A DNA stretch of 64,000 nt from IMG/VR virus record IMGVR_UViG_3300010338_000756; one strand, 5' to 3'. How positions within the stretch are numbered: position 1 is the stretch's first letter; every line of letters starts with the position of its first letter. The stretch comes from an uncultured virus (IMG/VR IMGVR_UViG_3300010338_000756) (Duplodnaviria > Heunggongvirae > Uroviricota > Caudoviricetes). The translations under genes and the position numbers were made by a program. The notes below the pieces were generated by a model that had not been told where the DNA came from, made no database searches, and worked only from the letters and a program-made list of their open reading frames with translations. Below, in pieces: positions 34,850 to 43,918 of this stretch.

Positions 34850-36364
34850 CTATTCGCCATCGTTGCGGGCCAAGATGCCCGAAGCGCCATCACCCGACTC
34901 GTCCACTTCCACCGCTGCCCCCGTTTCGAGCACATGCGCCAGAAGACCATCACCGTACACGGCAATCTCGAACGTCTCACCCATCACGCGGATCAGGTCG
35001 ATGAACTCCTGCGCCTGCGCCGCCATCCATGGGTGACACCAGAACATGCGATCCCCGCACGTCACCGGAATCGCCACCGGCCCGTCATTCTCCGGCTGCG
35101 CGTAGGCGTGATGCGCCCCGCCGTCGAGGCAGGAATCACAGCCGTACAGGTGAAAGCGCCGGAACCCGAGCATCCGCAGCAGCGGGATCGCCCGCAGCAG
35201 CACCGTCGAGCCGCCCGGAATGCCGAACCACGGCTTGCCGTCGTACAGCTCGTCCAGCAGGTCGCGCATGTCCTCCGCGCTCGTGTGCCACAGGAGCGTC
35301 CGGTCCTTCGGCAGCCCCTCGAACGCGGCCGGATCGCACTGCGAGGCCATGAGGTACAGGCAGTCTTCCCGCGGCGGACGGGTGAAGCGCGCGTTGAACG
35401 CCCTCGCGTCCACCATGACCTGCGTGACCGGCGCGATGCCGTGATCGAGCGCCCACTGGTAGGCGCCGTTCAGCGTCACCACTTTGGCACCCGCCGCCTG
35501 CCGGGCCTTGATCTCGTCCACATGCGCATTGAGCGACGGTCCACCACCGAGGATCAGCACCTCGACGTTGTTCCCGACGTGCGGCTCGACCTGCCCGTAG
35601 CCCGCCGTGATGTTCGCCCGGACGTTCGCCCGGACCTGCTCGCGGTCCACGTTCAGCACGCCCGCCTTGACGATCTCCTGCGCGTCCTGCCACGCCGTCA
35701 CGTAGAACGCGCACGAATCCCCGCGGTCCTCGGACCAGTGAATCACGCAGTCGCGCTCCCGGAACCGCGCGAGCCACCACTGGTAGTCATGCACCGACAG
35801 GTGCAGCGGCTCGCCGATCAACTTGCCGCACACGTCATCCACGCAGGAGATCGCGAAGTAGACGTGCTGCGCCGCCCCGAGGATGTTGTCGAGCACCCGA
35901 CCCACGTCCTCGGGCGGAATGTGCTCCATGACGTCAGTGCAGTAGCCGTACTTCGCCCGCACCGGGACCGGCTTCACGAGGTTGTGCCGCGTGAATTGGA
36001 GCGCGTGCGCCTGCGTCTCAAGCGCCTGACGAACTTCCGCGTCGAGGCAGTTCTCGGCGAAGTCGAGCATGTGAACGCGAACGCCGCCGAGCAGCGCCAG
36101 CATCATCGCGCCGCGTCCCGTGCCAGCACCGAAGTCGATCACGTCGGCACCCTTGTTCGGTTGCGCTTGCGCTAGGAAGTTCATCGCCTCCCCCTCGCCC
36201 GGCGCCACCGCGCGGTACTCGTCGTGCATCCACATGGCGGCGTACTTCGCCTGCTCGCGCTGGTGCCGCGCCGCGTCCGGCCCGTACAACGTCGGATCGC
36301 GCTCGGTGATCGTCACCTTGGGCGGCTTGCCGATGATCCCCACGAGACCCGCCGTCATCGTCAA
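34850..36364 (-). CDS. Class I SAM methyltransferase fused to a DUF115/Maf (MptE-like) glycosyltransferase-like domain
   Basis: N-terminal VIDFGAGTG and CTDVMEHIP; C-terminal ILGGGPSL, VTLNGA, ASQCDP, GGSTV..RA..L..MLGF...HLYGCDS. Confidence 0.8.
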   Translation of the reverse strand: MTMTAGLVGIIGKPPKVTITERDPTLYGPDAARHQREQAKYAAMWMHDEYRAVAPGEGEAMNFLAQAQPNKGADVIDFGAGTGRGAMMLALLGGVRVHMLDFAENCLDAEVRQALETQAHALQFTRHNLVKPVPVRAKYGYCTDVMEHIPPEDVGRVLDNILGAAQHVYFAISCVDDVCGKLIGEPLHLSVHDYQWWLARFRERDCVIHWSEDRGDSCAFYVTAWQDAQEIVKAGVLNVDREQVRANVRANITAGYGQVEPHVGNNVEVLILGGGPSLNAHVDEIKARQAAGAKVVTLNGAYQWALDHGIAPVTQVMVDARAFNARFTRPPREDCLYLMASQCDPAAFEGLPKDRTLLWHTSAEDMRDLLDELYDGKPWFGIPGGSTVLLRAIPLLRMLGFRRFHLYGCDSCLDGGAHHAYAQPENDGPVAIPVTCGDRMFWCHPWMAAQAQEFIDLIRVMGETFEIAVYGDGLLAHVLETGAAVEVDESGDGASGILARNDGE

Positions 36365-36717
36365 ATCACCTTGAAGAACTGAATCACGCCGTCCGTCGCC
36401 AGCCGAATGACGGATACGTGCGTGTAGGGCGCACCCGTTGGATCGAGCGGCACCGGCATGATCTCCGTGCCCGCCGCGACCAGAAAGGAATCGTTGCCCT
36501 GCGTCGCGGCGACCGTGTTGTCACCGAACTTGACGTAGGTGGCCTGAGAACAGCGGATCACCACCGTTCGGCTGCCAGACGTGAGCGCCGTCGCGGCACT
36601 CGCCGTGGAAGCTACCGAAATCTGCACCCCCGTCGTCTCCGTGCGGAACACAGGCGGCGTGGACCGCCCGCCCGGATAGGTCACAGGGTCTTGAACAACA
36701 TCCGTCGTGCGCGTCAT
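36361..36717 (-). CDS. Small beta-rich head-associated protein
   Basis: Directly downstream of the major capsid gene. Confidence 0.65.
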   Translation of the reverse strand: MTRTTDVVQDPVTYPGGRSTPPVFRTETTGVQISVASTASAATALTSGSRTVVIRCSQATYVKFGDNTVAATQGNDSFLVAAGTEIMPVPLDPTGAPYTHVSVIRLATDGVIQFFKVI

Positions 36718-36734
36718 AGGGCACCCCCCAACCG

Positions 36735-36767
36735 AGAAGAAAAGGCGCCGGAGTCACCCCCGGCGCC
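36735..36767 (-). terminator. Rho-independent terminator after the major capsid gene
   Basis: Minus strand GGCGCCGG-loop-CCGGCGCC followed by TTTTCTTCT. Confidence 0.7.
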
Positions 36768-36775
36768 CGCCCTCA

Positions 36776-37684
36776 TCACGTCGCTCCGGGCGTCCCCGCC
36801 ACGCCGCGCCAGTCGGTCCAGCCGAAGCTGTACCGTTCGCGCTTCTTGTAGCGCAGGTTCCCCGTGTCGAAGTCGCCCTCGACCCCGCCACTCACCGCCT
36901 TGCGGTTGAAGTGCTTGAGGCCATCCGGCACGTCGGTCTTCAGGAACCACGCATCCTCGTCGGTGAGCTGGTGATTCACCGCGAAGCCGTCGCGCACCGC
37001 CCCGAGCTTGTACACGGCGTTCACGTCGTTGTAATCACCGCCCGGACGGTACGGCGACATCAGCAGACGGGTGGCCGTGAACTGCAACTCGGCCGGCACG
37101 ATCAGCTTCGTGGCCTGCGCGCGGATCGGAATGCCCCGGTCGTCGGTCCACTCCGAGATCACCACCAGCAGGTTCTCCAGCGACGCCTCCGCGAGATCGG
37201 CCGCGGTCCCGAGGATGTTCGAGCCCGTGCCACCGCCAGCCAGCGGGTGCGCGGACGAAAGCAGCGCCACACCGTCACCACCGGGGTAGGACGAACTGAA
37301 CCCGTTGTTCAGGATGTTCGCGCCCTTGACTTCCTTGGTGTTCAGCAGCGAACGGGCCAGCGCACGCGCCATCTTCTGACCGATGGACCCGTACTGACCG
37401 TCCTCTTCCGCCTCTTCCGTGATCGCGAACCCGAGCGCGACCGTCTCGTGGTTGTACCGGGCGACGTAGCTCTCGCCACCGTCGTCGTAGGACAGCGAAC
37501 CGCCCTCCGGCTTCACCGGCGCCGTGCCGAGGCCGTACATGAGCACGTCCTCTTCATACGCCTTCGACGAGTTCTCCACGTCGAAGATTTCACGCCACTC
37601 TTCCGGGTGACGGTCGTATTCCAGACCGAACACCGCGTTCAGACCCTCCTGCAACTGCCGAGGGAAACTTGCACGATTCAGCAT
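36776..37684 (-). CDS. Major capsid protein (Mu gpT-like family)
   Basis: L..GLNAVFG.EY, KPEG....YD, ALGFAIT.EA.ED, GDFDTGNLRYK.RERYSFGW.DWRG. Confidence 0.9.
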   Translation of the reverse strand: MLNRASFPRQLQEGLNAVFGLEYDRHPEEWREIFDVENSSKAYEEDVLMYGLGTAPVKPEGGSLSYDDGGESYVARYNHETVALGFAITEEAEEDGQYGSIGQKMARALARSLLNTKEVKGANILNNGFSSSYPGGDGVALLSSAHPLAGGGTGSNILGTAADLAEASLENLLVVISEWTDDRGIPIRAQATKLIVPAELQFTATRLLMSPYRPGGDYNDVNAVYKLGAVRDGFAVNHQLTDEDAWFLKTDVPDGLKHFNRKAVSGGVEGDFDTGNLRYKKRERYSFGWTDWRGVAGTPGAT

Positions 37685-37708
37685 TGTCAGTGTCTCCTTC
37701 TGGCAGGG

Positions 37709-38275
37709 TTAGATCGCGGTCAGGCCGCCACCGAGGTAGTGCAGCGCAATCTGCACGAGCACCTTGGCGTTCGTCCCCACCTCGTTCTCTGGCCGGCGCA
37801 CGTAGTCAACGATCTTGAGAACCGTGCCGGTCGCATAGGTCGAGGAATCCACCTCGTGCCCGGACGTGTTCGTCGTCGCGTTGCCGGCGCCCAGCGACGG
37901 ATTCGCGAGCACACCGATATCGGCCAGCGTAAAGCCCGCCGTTACCTGCGCCTCGAAGATCGTCTTCGGGTCGTCGTACACCCACGCATCCGGCGTCGAG
38001 CCCGTCTGCACCGCCTGACCCGTGGGCCAGCGGCCATAGTGAACAGCGCCAGTGGTGTCGATGTACGTGCAGCCCGAGAACACCCCGATCAGCCGCGCGG
38101 TCGCCGCACCGGGAATCGTGATGTTCTTGGTCGTCGTCACGGGAATGACCGCATCACCGCGGAAGAGGTTGGCCGCGAGGCCGTCCGCGATGTGGTATCG
38201 CGACAAGCGATTCGCCGAGCCACCCGACCCGTGCTGCGTCGCAGTGAAACCGTTGGGACGGTCCTTGTTTGCCAT
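37709..38275 (-). CDS. Head decoration / cement protein
   Basis: MAN.D.P.GF, F.GD.V, GVF.GC.Y, V.DDP...FEAQ; immediately upstream of the capsid gene. Confidence 0.7.
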   Translation of the reverse strand: MANKDRPNGFTATQHGSGGSANRLSRYHIADGLAANLFRGDAVIPVTTTKNITIPGAATARLIGVFSGCTYIDTTGAVHYGRWPTGQAVQTGSTPDAWVYDDPKTIFEAQVTAGFTLADIGVLANPSLGAGNATTNTSGHEVDSSTYATGTVLKIVDYVRRPENEVGTNAKVLVQIALHYLGGGLTAI

Positions 38276-38312
38276 GGTCGTACTCCGTCAAGTCAAACCA
38301 CGCGGCACCCTT

Positions 38313-38993
38313 TCAGGCGTCCGCACCCTCATCGTCCGGAATGTTCGCCTCAAGCCGCCCCCGGCGCGCATGGACCGTGGTCCTCGTGTGGCGCTCCGGC
38401 TTCAACAGCGGCATGACGCGGTTGTTCTCCTTGAACAAGTCCCGGTCGATGCTCTCGGTCATCCTGTCGAGGCGCCTCCGGTAGTAGGCCCGCCGCTGCG
38501 CGGCAAGCGATTCCGGAAGCTCCATCAACATCAGACCACGCTTGACGATGTACTGCCCGTACTTTCCCTTAAGGTCGGCCGTCAGTTCATGCACGCGCTT
38601 GCCAGTGGATCGTTTGCGCGGGCGCCAGCCTTGTTCCAACATCTTTTCGAGGTTGTCGGTGTCCTCGTCGGCCCCCACCTTGTAGCGCACCCATCTTTGC
38701 ACGAACCCGGGACGAGGGTCCGGGGCTCCGAGGATGGACGGGCGCTTCCACGAGGTCGGAAGCTCGCTGTCGCGGTCGATTTGCTCCACTGAATCGACCT
38801 GTCGGGCGGACTCATTCTGCACATGCACACTGTCGTTGTCCAGCGCATGTGTCTGCTGACTGTCAGGGGTCGTCTTGCGCTTCTTGCGCTCGACCATCGT
38901 GAACTGCCGCCGCTCGGCCCGCTTCATGGCCTGCGCCAGCACGTCGGCCGCTTCGCTCTGCTCGGCCTGAAATTCGCTGATTCTCGGGCTCAT
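38313..38993 (-). CDS. Head-module hypothetical protein
   Basis: W.RPS.L.AP.PRPG...RWVR, GW.P, GL.L.E.P motifs. Confidence 0.7.
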   Translation of the reverse strand: MSPRISEFQAEQSEAADVLAQAMKRAERRQFTMVERKKRKTTPDSQQTHALDNDSVHVQNESARQVDSVEQIDRDSELPTSWKRPSILGAPDPRPGFVQRWVRYKVGADEDTDNLEKMLEQGWRPRKRSTGKRVHELTADLKGKYGQYIVKRGLMLMELPESLAAQRRAYYRRRLDRMTESIDRDLFKENNRVMPLLKPERHTRTTVHARRGRLEANIPDDEGADA

Positions 38994-40138
38994 CGGCCAC
39001 CTCCGTCGCGCACGATGGAGCGCAGACGCTCCTGCGCAAAGTATTTCTTGTGCTGCGCGTTGTTCGGGTCGAGCCCGAAGACGCGCATCTGGCTGTAGTC
39101 CTCGGCCGTGAGCTGCACCTTCCCTCGCCGGGCCAGTTCCACCTCGCTCGGGCTGCTCGCGCGGCCCTTGCGGTAGCCAATCCCACCCTGCGGCGGACGA
39201 TTGCGCGGCGCAGGGCGCGCACCCGTGTCGATCTCGTCCGTGTCTCGTGCGTTCACCATGTCCTCTCCGTTCCCGAATGGCTCCCCGTCCGGACCCCGGA
39301 TGTCGAGGTCCGGGTAGTCCGCCCGCACCCGCCGCGCCAGCTCGGCGAAGTGCTCGTCGCTGTAACGCTCCATGTCGAGCGTGCCGTCCTCGATCTCGGC
39401 GAGGATCATCCGGTCATGCTCGATGGCGTCGTTGTGCGCGCTCGCCCACCGATCCGTGTTCCACCAGCGACGGTTCGCGTGAATCCACTGCTGCACCCGC
39501 GGCTCACGCGGCGGCTCACCGCCCGGCGTGCCACCCGGCTTCTGCTGCGCCTGAGCGCGGGTCTCGTCGTTCTGCCGTTGCAGAATCTTGCGCTCGGCCT
39601 GCACGTCGCCGAGTTCCACTTGCAGCCGCAACTGCTCCTTCGTGTTGCCAGCCTCAATCGCCACCTCGAGGCTCTTGGTCAGCTCGGCGATCTTGGCGTC
39701 GAGCGACTGGATCGTGGCGGCGTGCTGGCTCGTCTGCGAGACCCGTTCCAGTGCCGCAAGGCGCGCTTCCATGCTCTGCCGCGCCGTGCGCTCTTCCGCC
39801 AGCTCGGCCTGCACGCGCTTGCGCAGCGAGATTTCACGGTTGATCCGGCGCTGTACGTCCTTGCTGTACTCCGCATCCGCGCGCTCGCGCTTGCCGGGCC
39901 TGCGTCCGTCCTCGGTGCGCAGCGGCGCCTCGTCCTCGTCACTCTTCTTGGCCGCCAGCGGCTTGCCGAGGTCGATTTCCTCGACCACATCGCCCTCATG
40001 CGGCTGAATCACGTCCGCGCGATCAGGCGGCACGAACTCGTCCGCCCGGCGCCCCTCTTCCCCCTGCACCTTCGGGTGCGCGGGAGCCTGCTCGTCTGTG
40101 TCTGCCATGTTGAACCCCTGCGGCCTCTGCCGCGTCAA
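38990..40138 (-). CDS. Putative scaffolding protein
   Basis: Acidic N-terminus, YS..VQ.RI, long coiled coil, C-terminal V.LT.E......FGL. Confidence 0.65.
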   Translation of the reverse strand: MTRQRPQGFNMADTDEQAPAHPKVQGEEGRRADEFVPPDRADVIQPHEGDVVEEIDLGKPLAAKKSDEDEAPLRTEDGRRPGKRERADAEYSKDVQRRINREISLRKRVQAELAEERTARQSMEARLAALERVSQTSQHAATIQSLDAKIAELTKSLEVAIEAGNTKEQLRLQVELGDVQAERKILQRQNDETRAQAQQKPGGTPGGEPPREPRVQQWIHANRRWWNTDRWASAHNDAIEHDRMILAEIEDGTLDMERYSDEHFAELARRVRADYPDLDIRGPDGEPFGNGEDMVNARDTDEIDTGARPAPRNRPPQGGIGYRKGRASSPSEVELARRGKVQLTAEDYSQMRVFGLDPNNAQHKKYFAQERLRSIVRDGGGR

Positions 40139-40575
40139 ACATACGCCCGGATTGCATCAGGGTCCGTGATGACCATGAGAATCTCGGTGTCCGTGAGAAT
40201 GCGCAGTCGGTGCCCGGAGACCAGCATGATCTCCTGCCCCGCGTACTGCTCATACAGCACGAAGTCCCCCACCGTCGGGAGATTCGGTTCATCGGCGAGG
40301 CACAGCCCCGCCGCAGTCCTCGACTTAAAGGCAAACGCCCCGACCTGCACCACGCGGCCCACGGTCGTCAGGTAGTCGTCGGCCTGCTGCGCCACCGCAG
40401 CGATCTCAATCCCACCGGCGCTCACCGCCTTGGCCTTGCGCGGCTCCACGAGCACGCGCCAGTACAGCGTCTTGCCCGGTATCTTCGTGGCGTCCAACGG
40501 CGCCCGTTGCTCGGTTTTCAGTTCCTCGACGGCTCGATCCACGGCGCTACGGCGCGGCGAACTGTATGCGGTCAC
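40135..40575 (-). CDS. GroES-like co-chaperonin
   Basis: RVLVEP...SAGGI, GRVVQVG, VGD.VLY.QYAG, RIL.D.EIL. Confidence 0.85.
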   Translation of the reverse strand: MTAYSSPRRSAVDRAVEELKTEQRAPLDATKIPGKTLYWRVLVEPRKAKAVSAGGIEIAAVAQQADDYLTTVGRVVQVGAFAFKSRTAAGLCLADEPNLPTVGDFVLYEQYAGQEIMLVSGHRLRILTDTEILMVITDPDAIRAYV

Positions 40576-40799
40576 AAACCCTCCTGTTCCTCGTCGTCCT
40601 CGACGCCCTCGACCTGAGCGCGTCTCAATTCTTCCAGCGCAGCGATCAGGCTGGCCGCCTCGCGGGCAGCCCCGACCAACTGCGCGTACCGGCGATCATC
40701 CACGCCGGCCGCCATCTGCTCTTTCAGTTCCTCGCGACGCTTGGTCGTGCGACGGATCGCAGCGTCCAGAATCGCGATGTGCAGCGGCAGGTCCGCCAC
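40572..40799 (-). CDS. Hypothetical protein
   Basis: Coupled in the head operon; Y.QLVG motif. Confidence 0.65.
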   Translation of the reverse strand: MADLPLHIAILDAAIRRTTKRREELKEQMAAGVDDRRYAQLVGAAREAASLIAALEELRRAQVEGVEDDEEQEGL

Positions 40800-40994
40800 T
40801 CACTGCCCCTGCGCGCCGCGCGCACGCTCCTTCACCGCCACGTGGCCCATGACGCCCACTCCGCGGCACGCCTTCTTGCCACCTCCGGCCTGCGCACCCC
40901 GCGCCGGCACGGACACCTTCGAGCCGCTGTAGCCCGGGGAACGGTTGTCGCGACGCCTCTGCTGCGGACTCGGCGGGGTCTTGCTCATGCTCAT
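40800..40994 (-). CDS. Small basic hypothetical protein
   Basis: Fills the gap in the operon with coupled ends. Confidence 0.5.
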   Translation of the reverse strand: MSMSKTPPSPQQRRRDNRSPGYSGSKVSVPARGAQAGGGKKACRGVGVMGHVAVKERARGAQGQ

Positions 40995-41221
40995 TGCACT
41001 GATCCTCTGCTTGCGATGTTGCGCAGGTTTTCCATGCGGAAAACGCCCGCCTGCGTTCCTCGGGCGTACAACAGGGCGATGAACTTCAACAGCTCGCGAA
41101 ACGACACGCCCAACTCCCGGGCGGCACCGGCAAACAGGCGCGGCGAGATGCCAAAGGCACGCCGGTGATGCGCGTACAGGAAACTGCGCGCCTTGCGCAC
41201 CTCGGCCGGCGTGACGTTCAC
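40991..41221 (-). CDS. Hypothetical protein
   Basis: Overlaps the portal stop codon. Confidence 0.55.
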   Translation of the reverse strand: MNVTPAEVRKARSFLYAHHRRAFGISPRLFAGAARELGVSFRELLKFIALLYARGTQAGVFRMENLRNIASRGSVQ

Positions 41222-43686
41222 TTCTTCCGACCCGCCTTCGGTCTGGCCACCGTTAAGCGGTTCAGGCTCTGCGCCATCTGTTGCGCCCTGTTGCGCTGGT
41301 CGAGATTCGCCTGCGCACCCCGGCGCAGGATCGCCGCCACCGTCTCATCATCCATGCGGGCCTGCTTGCGCTCGAATGCCTGCTGCTCGCGCTTCTCCCG
41401 GGCCGCGAACTCCGCCGTCTGGCGTTCGATCTTCGCCACCGACTCTGCATCCCTCGCCTCGGTGAGCGCCCGCTGGTCCTCGGCCGCCTTCGCCGCGGCC
41501 GGGTCTCCCTGCCCCTGCGCCAGCGCACCCGGCGCGCGAGGCGGCGGCAGCGCCTGCGAGGCCGCAATGGTGATCGCCATTTCGAGGTCCGGGTCCATGT
41601 CCTCGCCACCCTCGGCGTAGTAGTCCACGGGCGGCATCGGCACCCCGATGCTCGCCTGCATGTTCGCCGAGACCTGTTCCAGCATCTCCAAGGCGTCGTG
41701 CTCGCGGATGTGCGACAGCATGGCCGCCGAGTAGACCCGGAATTCGTCGGGCGTCATCGTGTTCTGCGCGTCCGCGTAGCCCCGCTCGTGAATCATCCGG
41801 TGCAGGTCGTGCGCCTGCCCGGGGAACGCCCGGATCGCCCGGCCCGTCAGAAGAGCGGCGTTCTCCCCCACCGCGTCGATGCGAATCGGCTGCGGCGGGC
41901 TCGGCTCGACCTTCTCCGGGTCCGGCACCTTGAGCGCACGCAGCAGGCGCCGGTGCGCCTCCGCGCGCTGCTCGATGGTGTACAGGTCCGGCGAGGTGTT
42001 CATCAGCTCAATCTGCGCCTGCGCAATGGCAATGCGCTGCACAGACGAGATGATGTTCGGGTCCGCGACCGGCAGAAAGTCCACCCGGTCATCGAAGTCC
42101 TCGCGCAGCGCCACCCGCGCTTCGCCCTTGAGGTGGTACGGGTACTCGTGCGTCGCCCCGTACTCGTAGAACAGCTCGGCCAGCATCCGGAACTCTTGCC
42201 GCGCCGTCGCGTAGATGCGCTTGTGGATCGCAGTGAAGACTTTCATCGACTGCTCGATCAGCGCGATGGTCGTCCCCACGGGTCCGCGGTTGTCCGCCTG
42301 CCCGACCACAACCTCGGTGATCGAGGCGAAACGACGGGCGTCCGATACGAGCCCCGTCACCAGCGCCGGCAGGGCGCCAGACGGCTCCCGAAACGGCGGG
42401 GTGAAGAACGTGCGCGCCAGCTCGTCGCTCGTGGCGTCAATGTCCTTCCACTTGCCCGGCTCGATCTCGACCGAACCGGCCTTCTTCACCCCATCCTTCG
42501 CCCGGAATCCACCCTGAACCGTCGCCATCAGCGCCGAGTCGAGCGTCGCCCGGATGCCACCGGACGCCGCGTCCGCCAGCGACCCGAGCACATGCACGAA
42601 GCCCCACCCGTAGAACCCGAGCCCGGGCAGGAAGCGGTAGTGCGCGAACCAGACCCGCTTCTCGAAGGTCGGATCGCCTTCCTTCCAGTTGCGGTAGACG
42701 CCGAGAATCTCCCGGCTCGTCTTGTCCACGTAGACCACATACGGCAGGTCGATCTCGCCCGTGTCCAGCTCGTCCACGCCCTCCGGCAGCGAGCCCTCGA
42801 TGTGGTACTCCAGAATCTCGTACAGCTCGTCGTCCGAGTGAAGCACGGGTTGGCGCCGATCCGAGGCATCCTCGATCTTCCGCCCCGCCGTCACCTCGTC
42901 CGCAAGCGCCGGATGCGGCAGGGTCAGGTCGATGAACCGCCCGCTGCGCATCGCCCGCCTGATCTCCGCCCCCGTCAGCGGATAGGTGTGCGCGTAGCGC
43001 GGGCAGTGCTTCAACTCCCGGGCGAAGTACGGCGCGATGAAGTCCTCGGCCTTGACGTACCGGGCCACCGGGTTCTGCGTCCGCGGGTCCGGCTCCACCT
43101 TGCGAAACACGCTGCCCGCCACCGGCAGGTAGAACAGCATCTGATCCGTGTCGGCGTAGTAGCCCTCGTCCACGGCCGTCAGGTAGTAGTTCATGAAGTC
43201 GGAGGCGCGCTCGACCTGCGCCTCGATCTCCGGCGTGGCGTCCCCGGCAATGGCCCCCTGCACCGGGCCCGTCGCGGGGAAAAACTCTTCGATGGCGTTC
43301 GCCTGAAACTGCACGCACGCCTCGGCCAGCACGGGATGCTGCACCGCCGCGGCGCCCACGAAGGGCAGCCGCTCGGCGGGAATGCGCTCGACGCCCAAGG
43401 CGCGCAGTCCCTGCGCCGACAGCCGATCCCATTCCTTGCGGCTGTCGAGGTCCGTCTCGGCGTACTCGCACAGCCGCCCGGCATACGTGGCGCGCTGGCT
43501 CGCACTCATGCGCTCGGCGAGGTTGACGTTGAACCCGGAGCCACCCGCGGCCGAAGCGGCCACGGACCCGTCGTCGAACAACTCGACGATCTCGGTGCCA
43601 TCCGGATACGCCGTGAACGCCGTACCGCCCTCTTCGGAGCGTTGCGGCACCTGCGGGTAGAGCTCTACAACATCGACTGCGGCCAC
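41218..43686 (-). CDS. Portal protein
   Basis: 822 aa; HP.LAEA.VQFQA, DFMNY.L, LP..GS.F.KV, PG.GFYG.G..H, PVGTT.AL.EQ, PVADPN. Confidence 0.9.
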   Translation of the reverse strand: MAAVDVVELYPQVPQRSEEGGTAFTAYPDGTEIVELFDDGSVAASAAGGSGFNVNLAERMSASQRATYAGRLCEYAETDLDSRKEWDRLSAQGLRALGVERIPAERLPFVGAAAVQHPVLAEACVQFQANAIEEFFPATGPVQGAIAGDATPEIEAQVERASDFMNYYLTAVDEGYYADTDQMLFYLPVAGSVFRKVEPDPRTQNPVARYVKAEDFIAPYFARELKHCPRYAHTYPLTGAEIRRAMRSGRFIDLTLPHPALADEVTAGRKIEDASDRRQPVLHSDDELYEILEYHIEGSLPEGVDELDTGEIDLPYVVYVDKTSREILGVYRNWKEGDPTFEKRVWFAHYRFLPGLGFYGWGFVHVLGSLADAASGGIRATLDSALMATVQGGFRAKDGVKKAGSVEIEPGKWKDIDATSDELARTFFTPPFREPSGALPALVTGLVSDARRFASITEVVVGQADNRGPVGTTIALIEQSMKVFTAIHKRIYATARQEFRMLAELFYEYGATHEYPYHLKGEARVALREDFDDRVDFLPVADPNIISSVQRIAIAQAQIELMNTSPDLYTIEQRAEAHRRLLRALKVPDPEKVEPSPPQPIRIDAVGENAALLTGRAIRAFPGQAHDLHRMIHERGYADAQNTMTPDEFRVYSAAMLSHIREHDALEMLEQVSANMQASIGVPMPPVDYYAEGGEDMDPDLEMAITIAASQALPPPRAPGALAQGQGDPAAAKAAEDQRALTEARDAESVAKIERQTAEFAAREKREQQAFERKQARMDDETVAAILRRGAQANLDQRNRAQQMAQSLNRLTVARPKAGRKK

Positions 43687-43800
43687 TCGCGTCCCCCGGT
43701 AGGCGGATCGTGTCGCCGGCAGCCGCCCATCGGCAGGGGCCGGTAGTTGCGCCCGATTCTAGGGCGTTTCGTGATGGTGCGCCACCACGTCGCGGGCGTG

Positions 43801-43830
43801 TTGCTTGTTGCGCGTTGTGGCGTGTATGCT
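43801..43830 (+). promoter_or_regulatory. Putative sigma70-like promoter for the tRNA
   Basis: TTGCTT-18 bp-TATGCT ending 8 bp before the tRNA. Confidence 0.5.
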
Positions 43831-43838
43831 CGGCCCAT

Positions 43839-43915
43839 CTGGGCGTAGTTCAGTCTGGCAGAACGCCTGCCTTGGGAGCAGGAGGTCGCAGGTTCAAGTC
43901 CTGCCGCCCAGACCA
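43839..43915 (+). tRNA. tRNA-Pro (anticodon UGG)
   Basis: Acceptor stem CTGGGCG/CGCCCAG, A discriminator, encoded CCA; anticodon arm CCTGC-CTTGGGA-GCAGG; T arm GCAGG-TTCAAGT-CCTGC; 77 nt. Confidence 0.95.
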
Positions 43916-43918
43916 CCC

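Noticed and set aside
43839..43915. tRNA as a prophage attachment boundary
   Set aside because: Phage genes flank both sides, no duplicated tRNA 3' end was noticed and no integrase was recognised
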